A DNA stretch of 41,498 nucleotides from positions 1 to 41,498 of the IMG/VR virus record IMGVR_UViG_3300038556_000032. The stretch is one strand, 5' to 3'. The translations under genes were made by a program, and so were the position numbers. Below, in pieces: positions 1 through 7,634 of the stretch. Each line of letters begins with the position of its first letter. Position 1 is the first letter of the stretch. This DNA is from a virus (lineage: Duplodnaviria; Caudoviricetes). The notes beneath the pieces are model-generated. The model did not search any database, had not been told where the DNA came from, and saw only the letters and a program-made list of their open reading frames with translations.

Positions 1-249
1 TTAACTGCGTCGGACCCGGGCGGCAAGTCCGCCGACGTCTATCGAGCGGACGGCCGCCAGGCAGTTTTCCGCCGTTCGGATACGGGCAGCACACCTGTCC
101 ATAGCCGCATCATCCCCGCGCTCGCGTGCGGCGTCGAAGCCAGGACGAAGCTCCATCAGGATCACTTCGATTTCCGCAGCACATCGCTCGACGGTCGCGC
201 TCACCAAAGCTTCCGCCGCTGCCAGCACCTTTTCCGTAGTTTCGCTCAC
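1..249 (-). CDS. Hypothetical protein (82 aa) downstream of integrase
   Basis: GTG start overlaps integrase TGA (GTGA), GGAGG upstream; corresponds to the C-terminal part of track ORF 1..1164. Confidence 0.6.
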   Translation of the reverse strand: MSETTEKVLAAAEALVSATVERCAAEIEVILMELRPGFDAARERGDDAAMDRCAARIRTAENCLAAVRSIDVGGLAARVRRS

Positions 250-1583
250 GCTGCAGCCTCCCGCTTTTCCTTCGCCTCGCGCGCGTGCGTCATCGCGATC
301 GCGCGCGCTGCCATGCCCGTGGTGCGCGGCATGTAAGTCTCGAGGATCGTTTTGGTCTCGTCGAGATCGTGCCCGGTGATCGCCGCGATCAGGTGATCCG
401 GCAGGCCGAGCTCGCCCAGGTAGACGACAGCCGTGCGGCGGAGATCCCGAAACTCGAGCTCGGCGAGCTCCTCGACCAGCCAGGTGGTGCCGGCCTCGCG
501 CGCGCCGGCGATCGCCAGCTCGCGCAGCTGCGCGAAGCGGCGCTGAAACCGGCCCTGTCCCTCGCGGCCGCCCCATGACCGCAGCGTGCGATCGTCGAAC
601 AGGATCGTGGTGAGGTTGGCTTCCTTCGCCCGCTTGATGTTGGCCTCGACGGCCGCGCGGACCTCGCCGACCAACGGGACCTCGATCCAGCGCCGGGTCT
701 TCCGCTGGCGAATGCGGATCCCGCGGACAACGCCGTCGGGTGCGAGGCCGGCAAGCGTCGCATAGACCTCGGCGTCCATCTTGTAGGCCGGGATCGCGTC
801 GTACTGCGCGATCGACATGTTGAGCAGATCCGCCTCGCGCTGGCCGATCGCGAAGCCCAGCATCAACGCCAGGCCGATCGACGTCTCGGGCGGGCAGACT
901 TCCTGCCAGGTGCCGCCGTCGATCGTGATCGGCTTCGAGGCCTCGAGGAGCAGCGCCGCGCGCGCCTCGGGGCTCCAGACCTGCTCGCGCGCCGCCGGCT
1001 TCCCAAGGCCGTGCTCGGCCGCCGGGTTGGTCGCGATCAGCTCTTCGTTCACGGCGAACTTCATCAGCGATCGGAGCGTCGACAGGACGTTGAAGGCCAT
1101 GGTGTGACGGATCGCCGGCTGCTCGCATGGCTTGCGCTTCTGGCACGGCTCGCAGGCGCCGCACGGGACCGGCGCCATCATCAGATCGCGCAGCTTGTGA
1201 ACCCGCTTCTTGGTGATCGCTGCGACGGGCTCAGGGCCCGCCCAGGCGCTGATCTTGGTGAGGTTGTGCTCGTAGAGCTTGAACGTGCTCTCGGCCAGCT
1301 TCGGCGCCTTCTCGCCCCGTTTGCGCGCCTCGAGATCTTGCTTCCACCGTTCAATCAGATGGTCGACCGTCGCGCGCGCCACATACTTGCGGATCTCGCG
1401 GGGCTTCGCGCCGCCGGTGCGCCAGGCCTCGATCTCGTCGTTGCGAGCTCGAGCTCCCTTCATTGCGGCGTCCAGGTCGACGCCGAACCCGACGGGTTTC
1501 CAGCCGGCTTTGCGCTCCGGCTCGTTGGGCTGCCAGTAGTAGCGGCCCTTTTTCTGGACCAGGCCCTTGATGCGAACTTTCAT
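246..1583 (-). CDS. int: Tyrosine recombinase / phage integrase
   Basis: GQREADL (catalytic R), FRDLRRT (HxxR-equivalent), IAAITGH and downstream Tyr (ETY); GGAG RBS. Confidence 0.92.
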   Translation of the reverse strand: MKVRIKGLVQKKGRYYWQPNEPERKAGWKPVGFGVDLDAAMKGARARNDEIEAWRTGGAKPREIRKYVARATVDHLIERWKQDLEARKRGEKAPKLAESTFKLYEHNLTKISAWAGPEPVAAITKKRVHKLRDLMMAPVPCGACEPCQKRKPCEQPAIRHTMAFNVLSTLRSLMKFAVNEELIATNPAAEHGLGKPAAREQVWSPEARAALLLEASKPITIDGGTWQEVCPPETSIGLALMLGFAIGQREADLLNMSIAQYDAIPAYKMDAEVYATLAGLAPDGVVRGIRIRQRKTRRWIEVPLVGEVRAAVEANIKRAKEANLTTILFDDRTLRSWGGREGQGRFQRRFAQLRELAIAGAREAGTTWLVEELAELEFRDLRRTAVVYLGELGLPDHLIAAITGHDLDETKTILETYMPRTTGMAARAIAMTHAREAKEKREAAA

Positions 1584-1615
1584 GATGGTGGCTCCCGGGG
1601 GAAGGCGGGGCGGGA

Positions 1616-1644
1616 AGTCAGCGCGCCGCCGGCGCGGGTGTCAA
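1616..1644 (-). promoter_or_regulatory. Possible integrase promoter
   Basis: Perfect TTGACA at 1644..1639 upstream of int; -10 element poor. Confidence 0.35.
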
Positions 1645-1682
1645 GCTATTGGCCTCTGTGCGGATCAGGTTCCGCATCATGC

Positions 1683-1907
1683 TCACGTCCGATCCCACCA
1701 ATAATCCCACTCCAAGATGAGGAAGCGCAGAGCGCTTCTCCCGGCGCTGTCCAGATCAAGATCGGCCGGGACGCAATAGACCCCGTTCCTGAGTTTGACG
1801 CCCGCGGCCATGAGATGTTCGTGCGCCTTCGTTTCGCAGATGCACTCCGGGTCGCCGTCGTGTTCGTGTCGCCAGCGGGCGCGATCGCTTTCAGGCGCGG
1901 TTGGCAT
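1683..1907 (-). CDS. Hypothetical protein
   Basis: Overlaps upstream gene in the packed leftward operon; GAGG RBS. Confidence 0.6.
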   Translation of the reverse strand: MPTAPESDRARWRHEHDGDPECICETKAHEHLMAAGVKLRNGVYCVPADLDLDSAGRSALRFLILEWDYWWDRT

Positions 1908-2268
1908 CGCAAGCCTCTGTGCGGCTGAGGGCGGTCAAACGCATGAGCAGCGCGTCTGCGTGGCATAGAGCGGTGGTTGGACACCAGCACTGGAGGTCGC
2001 GCCCGGCGAGTTCGTGAACTCGTGACAGCACTCGTTGACGCAGCCGGGTCAGCGCATCGATCTCGCCGGGGGAGAAGCGCAGCCGCTCGAGCGTGAGCGC
2101 GCCCAGCTCGCCAGCGAGCCAGAAGCTGTGCAGCTTGACCGCTTCGCAGTGCCCGGCGCGGCCCTGGAAGGGGTTGCCCCAAATAGTCGGCCGCCCGACG
2201 TAAATGACGCCAGGAGGCGTCCGATATCCGCGGCGCCGCGGGCGTTGAAGCCGCTTGGGATGGTTCAT
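1891..2268 (-). CDS. DUF4326 family protein
   Basis: YVGRPTIWGNPF and LAGRDLQCWC...CHAD motifs. Confidence 0.85.
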   Translation of the reverse strand: MNHPKRLQRPRRRGYRTPPGVIYVGRPTIWGNPFQGRAGHCEAVKLHSFWLAGELGALTLERLRFSPGEIDALTRLRQRVLSRVHELAGRDLQCWCPTTALCHADALLMRLTALSRTEACDANRA

Positions 2269-2328
2269 GATCTTCTCGGGAGCATGATCGGCGGGCCGCA
2301 GGCCCGCCGATCTTCGTTGGAGAAAGGA

Positions 2329-2604
2329 TCAGCCGTCGCCGTAGCCGGAGCCGTAGCCGTCGCCGTCGCCGTAGCCGGAGCCGTCGCCGTCGCCGTAGCA
2401 GGAGCCGTAGCCGTAGCCGTCGCCGTAGCCGGAGCCGGAGCCGTCGCCGTAGCCGGAGCCGTCGCCGTAGCCGGAGCCGTAGCCGGAGCCGTAGCCGGAG
2501 CCGTAGCCGGAGCCGTAGCCGTCGCCGGAGCCGTCGCCGGAGCCGTCGCCGGAGCCGTCGCCGGAGCCGTCGCCGTACCGCTGGCCCGCATCACCGGGGG
2601 ACAT
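2329..2604 (-). CDS. Glycine-rich (G-D/S/Y)n repeat protein
   Basis: GDGSGDGSGYGSGYG repeats, C-ending codons, GGAG upstream; an alternative Ala/Thr/Pro frame 2265..2591 is also open. Confidence 0.6.
   Translation of the reverse strand: MSPGDAGQRYGDGSGDGSGDGSGDGSGDGYGSGYGSGYGSGYGSGYGDGSGYGDGSGSGYGDGYGYGSCYGDGDGSGYGDGDGYGSGYGDG
2331..2576. repeat. Low-complexity tandem array of 6-bp units (GCCGTC/GCCGTA/GCCGGA)
   Basis: Read directly from the sequence. Confidence 0.95.
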
Positions 2605-2908
2605 AGTTCGGCGCTCCGGCGATGCTGGCTGCGGCCTGCTCGCTGCACGCGATGATCTCGCAGTTCTCGGTCAGCACCAGGTCGACGGGCGCACCCACCT
2701 TGCTGGCCTTGTGATCGAGGCCCTCGGTGGCCACGCCGGACAGGAACGCAGCCTTGTTCGCCGGCTTCCAGTACCAGAGGCGCCGCGCCTCGCTCAGCTC
2801 GCATTCGCGGTCGCTCCGCGACACGAGCTTTCCAGCATGAACGCCGGCGTCGCGGCAACGAACCACGACGTATTTTCCGATCCACGGATCGGTCGCAGTA
2901 TCAGCCAT
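2591..2908 (-). CDS. DUF6948-like protein
   Basis: IGKYVVVRCRDAGVHAG...ARRLWYW...LSGVA motif; strong AAGGAG RBS before ATG 2908. Confidence 0.8.
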   Translation of the reverse strand: MADTATDPWIGKYVVVRCRDAGVHAGKLVSRSDRECELSEARRLWYWKPANKAAFLSGVATEGLDHKASKVGAPVDLVLTENCEIIACSEQAAASIAGAPNYVPR

Positions 2909-3036
2909 ACTAATCTCCTTTTGCTGGCTGGTTGGGAGCAGTGTTGATGATGCTCGGAAAATGATTGGCGTTTGGGAGCGCGCTGGACCGCGGTGCCATG
3001 GCGCCACAGGAAATAAGTTGGCGACAATCGAGCGGA

Positions 3037-3297
3037 TCATCCCACCCACCCATCTAGAAACTTGACACAGGCCGCGAGCAGCTGGCCGCGGTCGCCGTCG
3101 GGATCCGGCTCGCCGAGCTCGCGCGTGAGCTCGAGCGCCAGCTTGAGCGCGTCGGCGAGCAGCTCGACCGTCTCTTGGCCGAGCAGCTCGATCGTGTTCT
3201 GGTCGGCCGCGAACCGGAGCAGCTCGGCCGACGCGGCCGTGGCCTGCTGCGCCGCGAGCAGCCCCAGGCGTGGCGTAGGGATCGCGATCGCGCTCAT
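3037..3297 (-). CDS. Hypothetical helical protein
   Basis: ATGA overlap with upstream gene. Confidence 0.65.
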   Translation of the reverse strand: MSAIAIPTPRLGLLAAQQATAASAELLRFAADQNTIELLGQETVELLADALKLALELTRELGEPDPDGDRGQLLAACVKFLDGWVG

Positions 3298-3668
3298 GCC
3301 CAACGGCTCCTCGGAGCAATCCAGGCATCCGGCCAGCCCGCGACGGGGCGCAACAGGAGGCCGCCCTTCTCGATGTGGTCGAAGAAGCCAGCCTCGACAC
3401 CGTCGAGTGTCTCGGGCCGGTACCATTCGTGCGTCGGCGAAGGCCAATCCTGCACGCGGTAGAACTTGCTTGTCGCCTCGCTGCCGCAGCTGCCGCAGCG
3501 AACGATAAATGGCGTCACGCCGGGATCGCGATCGATCGTCACAATGTAGGACCGGCAGCTCTCGCACTCGTAGGCGTTCTTGCGCCCAACGTTCTGAAAG
3601 CCTTGGCCGCCACTGCCGTTGAAGCTCTCCGCGAGCTGGCGGCCAACCTCGAGGATGTCTTTGCTCAT
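3294..3668 (-). CDS. Zinc-ribbon protein
   Basis: CESC and CGSC pairs; ATG just after the acb2 stop. Confidence 0.7.
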   Translation of the reverse strand: MSKDILEVGRQLAESFNGSGGQGFQNVGRKNAYECESCRSYIVTIDRDPGVTPFIVRCGSCGSEATSKFYRVQDWPSPTHEWYRPETLDGVEAGFFDHIEKGGLLLRPVAGWPDAWIAPRSRWA

Positions 3669-3673
3669 GGCTG

Positions 3674-3940
3674 TTATCCGTTCGCCGCGTTGATGACGAA
3701 GGGGGCGGACTGGTCGGACCGCCGCTCCGGCTGCGCGATCGCGCGAACCGCGCGCATGAAGGCCTCCTCGCCCACCGTCTGTGCGATCGCGACCTGGCGC
3801 TGATCGACGCTGACGAAGGTGCGCAGGTAATCGATCATGCCGTTGAACTTGGCCTCGAGATCCTTGATCCCGTTCATCGCGTCGATCTCTTCCTGCGAGA
3901 GTTCGCGATAGCCGCTGATCTTCCGATGCTGATTTTCCAT
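3674..3940 (-). CDS. acb2: Acb2-family anti-CBASS cyclic-nucleotide sponge
   Basis: MENQHRKISGYRELSQEEIDAMNGIK...RAIAQP closely matches the recalled Acb2 signature (NQHKKIKGYRDLSQEEID...K...RAIAQP); GGAGAG RBS. Confidence 0.88.
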   Translation of the reverse strand: MENQHRKISGYRELSQEEIDAMNGIKDLEAKFNGMIDYLRTFVSVDQRQVAIAQTVGEEAFMRAVRAIAQPERRSDQSAPFVINAANG

Positions 3941-4000
3941 GTGCCTCTCCAAGGTGCGCTGGATCCGCCAGCGCGCGGTCTCTGGCGGCCGCGGCCGCGA

Positions 4001-4198
4001 TCAGGCGGAGGCGAGGACGTAGCCGCTCCACACGAGCAGCCCGAAGGACGCGATGATCAGCCCGAAGCCGACGATCTCGAAGGCGTTATTCGCGCGCCTC
4101 GACTGTCCAGGCGTGCCGTCATTGGCGCAGGACAGCGACACGGCGCCGCCGATGAAACAGCAGACACCGCACACGGCGATCCCAATCGAAGCAAGCAT
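4001..4198 (-). CDS. Small two-TM membrane protein
   Basis: Two hydrophobic stretches; GGGAGG RBS before ATG 4198. Confidence 0.7.
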   Translation of the reverse strand: MLASIGIAVCGVCCFIGGAVSLSCANDGTPGQSRRANNAFEIVGFGLIIASFGLLVWSGYVLASA

Positions 4199-4214
4199 GT
4201 TTTCCTCCCGGTGA

Positions 4215-4796
4215 TTATGCGGCCGCGGCCGCGGGTTTCTCGAGCTGCGCAACGTGCGCGCGGACGATCGCCAGGCCGGCGCTGATTGCCGCGCGGCGCT
4301 CCTCGTCGGGGACATCCCGAGGCGGCGGCGGGACCATGCAGAAGCAATCGATCCAATACATCCAGTGGACCGCCTCGAGGCGCTCGAGCCACTTGCGCGC
4401 GTCGTCGGCCGTCATTCGGCCCTGCTCCACCTTGCGCGGGTAGGTGTTGCGCCGGATCTGGATCTCGCGGCGAAGCGAGCGGATCTTCCGCTCCCAGGCT
4501 TCGTGCACGGCGATCGGCTCGGGGACCTGGTCGCCCATCCCGGGCATCGCCCAGATCCCGGTCTCCTCGCGCCGCTGCAGCGCCTCGAGATCCTCGAGCA
4601 CCGTGGCCATCATCCGGGTTTCCAAGTCGGCCTCGAGCTCGGTCATCCGGCCACGGATCACGAACTGCGGATAGTGCCGGCGCCGCTGGTCCAGCTCGCG
4701 CCGGACTTCGGCAATCCGCTTGTTGAGAGGAACCTCGAACGGGGCGCGCGAGGTCGGCGATGTGTTGGGGAAGTCGTAGGCCAACGGCTTGCTCAC
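4215..4796 (-). CDS. Hypothetical protein with internally duplicated domain
   Basis: RRELDQRRRHYP...GRMT and RREIQIRRNTYP...GRMT repeats. Confidence 0.75.
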   Translation of the reverse strand: MSKPLAYDFPNTSPTSRAPFEVPLNKRIAEVRRELDQRRRHYPQFVIRGRMTELEADLETRMMATVLEDLEALQRREETGIWAMPGMGDQVPEPIAVHEAWERKIRSLRREIQIRRNTYPRKVEQGRMTADDARKWLERLEAVHWMYWIDCFCMVPPPPRDVPDEERRAAISAGLAIVRAHVAQLEKPAAAAA

Positions 4797-4966
4797 TCAG
4801 CCGCTTCGGCGCGCTGACGGAGGCGAAACCACCGTCCAAGAGCGCTGTTGTCCGAACGGCCGAGCTGGCGAGCAGCCTGGCGGATCGAAGTTCTCGAGGC
4901 CAATGCCAACAGCTGGCGATCTTCTTCCGGCGACCAGCGCCTGTATTCGGTCAAGCCAAACGCCAT
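4793..4966 (-). CDS. Small GcrA/Myb-like HTH protein
   Basis: WSPEEDRQL...AARQLGRSDNSALGRWFRL; coupled to neighbours at both ends. Confidence 0.65.
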   Translation of the reverse strand: MAFGLTEYRRWSPEEDRQLLALASRTSIRQAARQLGRSDNSALGRWFRLRQRAEAAE

Positions 4967-5172
4967 CAGAGTTCCTCGTCTGGAGTGAGACAGTTGGAGG
5001 GGAGGCCGGCGCAGCCGCAGCCGCGCGCGTGCAGGCATTCACCGAGATCGTTGTGAAAGCCTTCGTGGTGGCCACACGGGCACAGCCTAGGGCCGTTCCG
5101 GTAACACCAGGACGGAACGTAAGGGCTGTCGTCCGACGGACCGCGGTGAGCATCTGAGACCGGCCCTGGCAT
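4966..5172 (-). CDS. Small Cys/His-rich putative metal-binding protein
   Basis: CPCGHHEGFH...C...CGC; TGATG overlaps. Confidence 0.6.
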   Translation of the reverse strand: MPGPVSDAHRGPSDDSPYVPSWCYRNGPRLCPCGHHEGFHNDLGECLHARGCGCAGLPSNCLTPDEEL

Positions 5173-5600
5173 CAGCGCTTCCCCCGTTCGGACGCGAGCA
5201 CGGCCGCGGCATATGCTCCGGCATAGGCAAGGTTGTATCGGCGCGCGTGCGCGTCTGTGCAGGACCTCGGGGCGCCGACCAGCTTGCGCGCGACGTCGCT
5301 CGCCAGGTGAGCTTCGAAGCTACCAGCCGTGTCGTTCGTCATGTTGGGGAGCGGATCTTCGAAGCTGATTGGCTGCCCGTTGCGCTTGAGAACGTGGCTT
5401 GGGGCGATGTCGTCCAGCGTCCTGCTGCAGATCCAATGCCCGCCAGTCCAGCCGTCGAACGTCACCGTGACGACAAGGCCACCGCATCTGGTGACAGTCA
5501 GGCGATCGCCGGGCTTGAGCTGCTCGCGCGCCCGCTCAACCGATCGCCGCCACTCAGGGTCGCGGAAAGCGTGCCACTCCTCATATCCAGGACCGCGCAT
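5172..5600 (-). CDS. Hypothetical protein
   Basis: ATG 5600 overlaps the gapR-like stop (TGATG). Confidence 0.65.
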   Translation of the reverse strand: MRGPGYEEWHAFRDPEWRRSVERAREQLKPGDRLTVTRCGGLVVTVTFDGWTGGHWICSRTLDDIAPSHVLKRNGQPISFEDPLPNMTNDTAGSFEAHLASDVARKLVGAPRSCTDAHARRYNLAYAGAYAAAVLASERGKR

Positions 5601-5842
5601 CAGTCGATCCCCAGCGCGGCGCGATAGGTCTCGAGCAGCGCATCGTGCTCCTGGCGCGCGTTCTTCTCCATCTTGCGGAGCTTCACGACGGCGCGCATCG
5701 CCTTGACGTCGTACCCATTGGCCTTGGCCTCGCTGTAGACGTCGCGAATGTCGTCGCTGATCCCCTTCTTTTCTTCCTCGAGGCGCTCGACGCGCTCGAT
5801 GAAAAGGCGGAGCTGCTCGCACTCGATGGCGGTGCTGGACAT
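5600..5842 (-). CDS. gapR: GapR-like (DUF2312) nucleoid-associated protein
   Basis: QLRLFIERVERLEEEKKGISDDIRDVYSEAKANGYDVKAMR...LLETYRAALG. Confidence 0.9.
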   Translation of the reverse strand: MSSTAIECEQLRLFIERVERLEEEKKGISDDIRDVYSEAKANGYDVKAMRAVVKLRKMEKNARQEHDALLETYRAALGID

Positions 5843-6111
5843 TAAAGGATCCCTTCGGAGAGAGCGGCCAGCGTGTGCACGCCGACGCGGTCGATGTGGG
5901 TGATGCAGGCGACGTCGATCCGCGTCGGCCGCGCGATCGGTTCGCCAACGGCGAGACGGAGAGTGTCGCTGGTCGGGAAGCCGAGGATCGCGTCCTCGCC
6001 GTGCCCGCAGATCATGATGTACTCTTCGAACATCGTGTCGGGGCGAGCGACGGTGATGGTCGCACCCTCAATCAGGTGCGGCTGCAGCTGCGTGAGGGTC
6101 AGCTCGCCCAC
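5842..6111 (-). CDS. Hypothetical protein
   Basis: GTG 6111 with GGAG upstream; TAATG overlap with next gene. Confidence 0.55.
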   Translation of the reverse strand: MGELTLTQLQPHLIEGATITVARPDTMFEEYIMICGHGEDAILGFPTSDTLRLAVGEPIARPTRIDVACITHIDRVGVHTLAALSEGIL

Positions 6112-6257
6112 GGCGCTTGGCTCCAGAGCAGGATGCCGAAAACGACCAGGCCCAGCACCGCGCCACCGACGATCGCGCGGACGTCGCCGGCGAGCTCGGC
6201 ATCGCGATTGAGGCCGAGCCGGCGATCGTGATCGATCCACCACTGGCGATCCATCAT
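6099..6257 (-). CDS. 52-aa single-TM protein (absent from ORF track)
   Basis: MMDRQWWIDHDRRLGLNRDAELAGDVRAIVGGAVLGLVVFGILLWSQAPWAS; ATGA overlap with upstream gene. Confidence 0.6.
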   Translation of the reverse strand: MMDRQWWIDHDRRLGLNRDAELAGDVRAIVGGAVLGLVVFGILLWSQAPWAS

Positions 6258-6610
6258 GCGGCCCTCCGTGCTTTCTCGAGCGCCTCGTCGGCGCGTCGTC
6301 GCGCGTTGGCCTCGATCTTGTCCGCCTGCTCGATCAGGCGCGCAGCGAGCAGCCGCGCGTGCTCCGGCGTCGGGCAGAAGACCAGGCCGATCCCGGTCCG
6401 CATCGGCTCAGGCGGCGTCTGCAGAAACTGGATCATGATCCGAGACGGATCTTCATAGCTCTCGCCGATCACGCCGATGCGCATGTGATGGGCCGACTGC
6501 ACCATGAAGCGAACCCCATCTTCCTCGAGCACAAAGCGCAGCGGCGCCTGCTCGTCCGCTTCGTGCTGGACAAAGCCGGGGACCTTCTCGGATCGAACCG
6601 GCTTCATCAC
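6254..6610 (-). CDS. Hypothetical protein
   Basis: Coupled to neighbours in the leftward operon. Confidence 0.7.
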   Translation of the reverse strand: MMKPVRSEKVPGFVQHEADEQAPLRFVLEEDGVRFMVQSAHHMRIGVIGESYEDPSRIMIQFLQTPPEPMRTGIGLVFCPTPEHARLLAARLIEQADKIEANARRRADEALEKARRAA

Positions 6611-6969
6611 GCCACCTGCAGGTCATTGGCCGGCGCGAACAGCGCTGCAGCTCGGGCGTCCATCCGCTCGCCGGCTTCGGCAAGCAGGTTGCGATCGACA
6701 GCGGTCGCCGCATCGGGCGGCAGGCGGTCCAGCTCCCAGGCTTCGACGGCCGCACGGTTCCAGCGCGCCTTGATGTGGGCGCCCTCGATCCAGCGATTGC
6801 GGTTGAGAAGGGGGAGCGGCTTCGGGAAACCGTACCGCTCGATCAGGCCGTCGATATAGGCAACCTGCCAAGTGTTGGAGCGGCCCATCACGCCGAGCCG
6901 GCGGACGATGTCGAAAAAGCCCAGCGTCGGCGCGTCGGCCGCGGCGGGTAGATGAATGGCAGTCGCCAT
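6607..6969 (-). CDS. AlpA/excisionase-like protein, first gene of the leftward operon
   Basis: GFPKP...W...VEAW motif; GGAGG RBS. Confidence 0.55.
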   Translation of the reverse strand: MATAIHLPAAADAPTLGFFDIVRRLGVMGRSNTWQVAYIDGLIERYGFPKPLPLLNRNRWIEGAHIKARWNRAAVEAWELDRLPPDAATAVDRNLLAEAGERMDARAAALFAPANDLQVA

Positions 6970-6998
6970 AGGTGCCTCCGTTCAAACGAACGGGGCGC

Positions 6999-7028
6999 AC
7001 GCTATTGCCAAAATGGATACGCTGTCAA
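6999..7028 (-). promoter_or_regulatory. Leftward early promoter (PL-like)
   Basis: TTGACA (7028..7023), 18 bp, TAGCGT (7004..6999); an operator lies in the spacer. Confidence 0.7.
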
Positions 7029-7068
7029 CGAAATCGTTGCCGAAACGGATATGATGCCGAAACGGCCT
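7005..7068. promoter_or_regulatory. Left operator cluster (3 sites)
   Basis: TTGCCAAAATGGATA 7005, TTGCCGAAACGGATA 7037, ATGCCGAAACGGCCT 7054. Confidence 0.75.
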
Positions 7069-7086
7069 ATTCCGGGCTGGACACGA

Positions 7087-7272
7087 TCAGCGAGTGTCGA
7101 GCGCGAACATCGCGACCAGCGCGGCTAATCCAGTAAAAGCCACAATGTCCATAGTTGTGGGGCTGAGCCCAAGCGCATCTCGAAAGAGCCAGGCCAGGCC
7201 GGGCACGATTGACACGACCAAATAGATCCAGCGCTTTATCGCGATCGGGATGCTCTGCCAGGCGGCGCGCAA
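7087..7272 (-). CDS. Two-TM membrane protein downstream of cI (candidate superinfection exclusion)
   Basis: TTG start 1 nt after cI stop; hydrophobic WIYLVVSIVPGLAWLF and IVAFTGLAALVAMFAL. Confidence 0.55.
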   Translation of the reverse strand: MRAAWQSIPIAIKRWIYLVVSIVPGLAWLFRDALGLSPTTMDIVAFTGLAALVAMFALDTR

Positions 7273-7273
7273 C

Positions 7274-7624
7274 TTAAGCGGCGCGGCCTTGGTTCTTCTC
7301 ATCGCTAGGCAGGATCGCCCCGGCGACGCGCCGGAAGGTATCCTGCTCGCGCGCCGGCGCGCGCCTATACGCCGCCAGCAGTTCGCGCTCCTCCTCCGAT
7401 AAAATCGTCGGGTTGTCGCGATGGAGAAGAAGGTCAGCTGGCGCAACGCCGAGGTGCGGCGCGATCCGGCGCATCCAGTCTAGATCGAGGCCGCGCGTTC
7501 CCATCTCCACCTTGTTTAAGGCCGAGGGCGTCACATGGATCCGGCGCGCGAGCTCAGCCTGAGAAAGGTTCAACCTCTCCCGGAGCTCGCGGATCCTGTT
7601 CGGCGGGTCTTGGTCGTTCGCCAC
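7274..7624 (-). CDS. cI: cI-like XRE HTH repressor without S24 peptidase domain
   Basis: NRIRELRERLNLSQAELARRIHVTPSALNKVEMG HTH; divergent from cro; about 116 aa. Confidence 0.85.
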   Translation of the reverse strand: MANDQDPPNRIRELRERLNLSQAELARRIHVTPSALNKVEMGTRGLDLDWMRRIAPHLGVAPADLLLHRDNPTILSEEERELLAAYRRAPAREQDTFRRVAGAILPSDEKNQGRAA

Positions 7625-7634
7625 CCGCGCATGA

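Noticed and set aside
2331-2576. CRISPR-like array
   Set aside because: 6-bp microsatellite units with no unique spacers and no cas genes
2035-2655. Plus-strand AVAVAG hydrophobic repeat ORF
   Set aside because: Antisense shadow of the repeat inside a minus-strand operon; overlaps DUF4326
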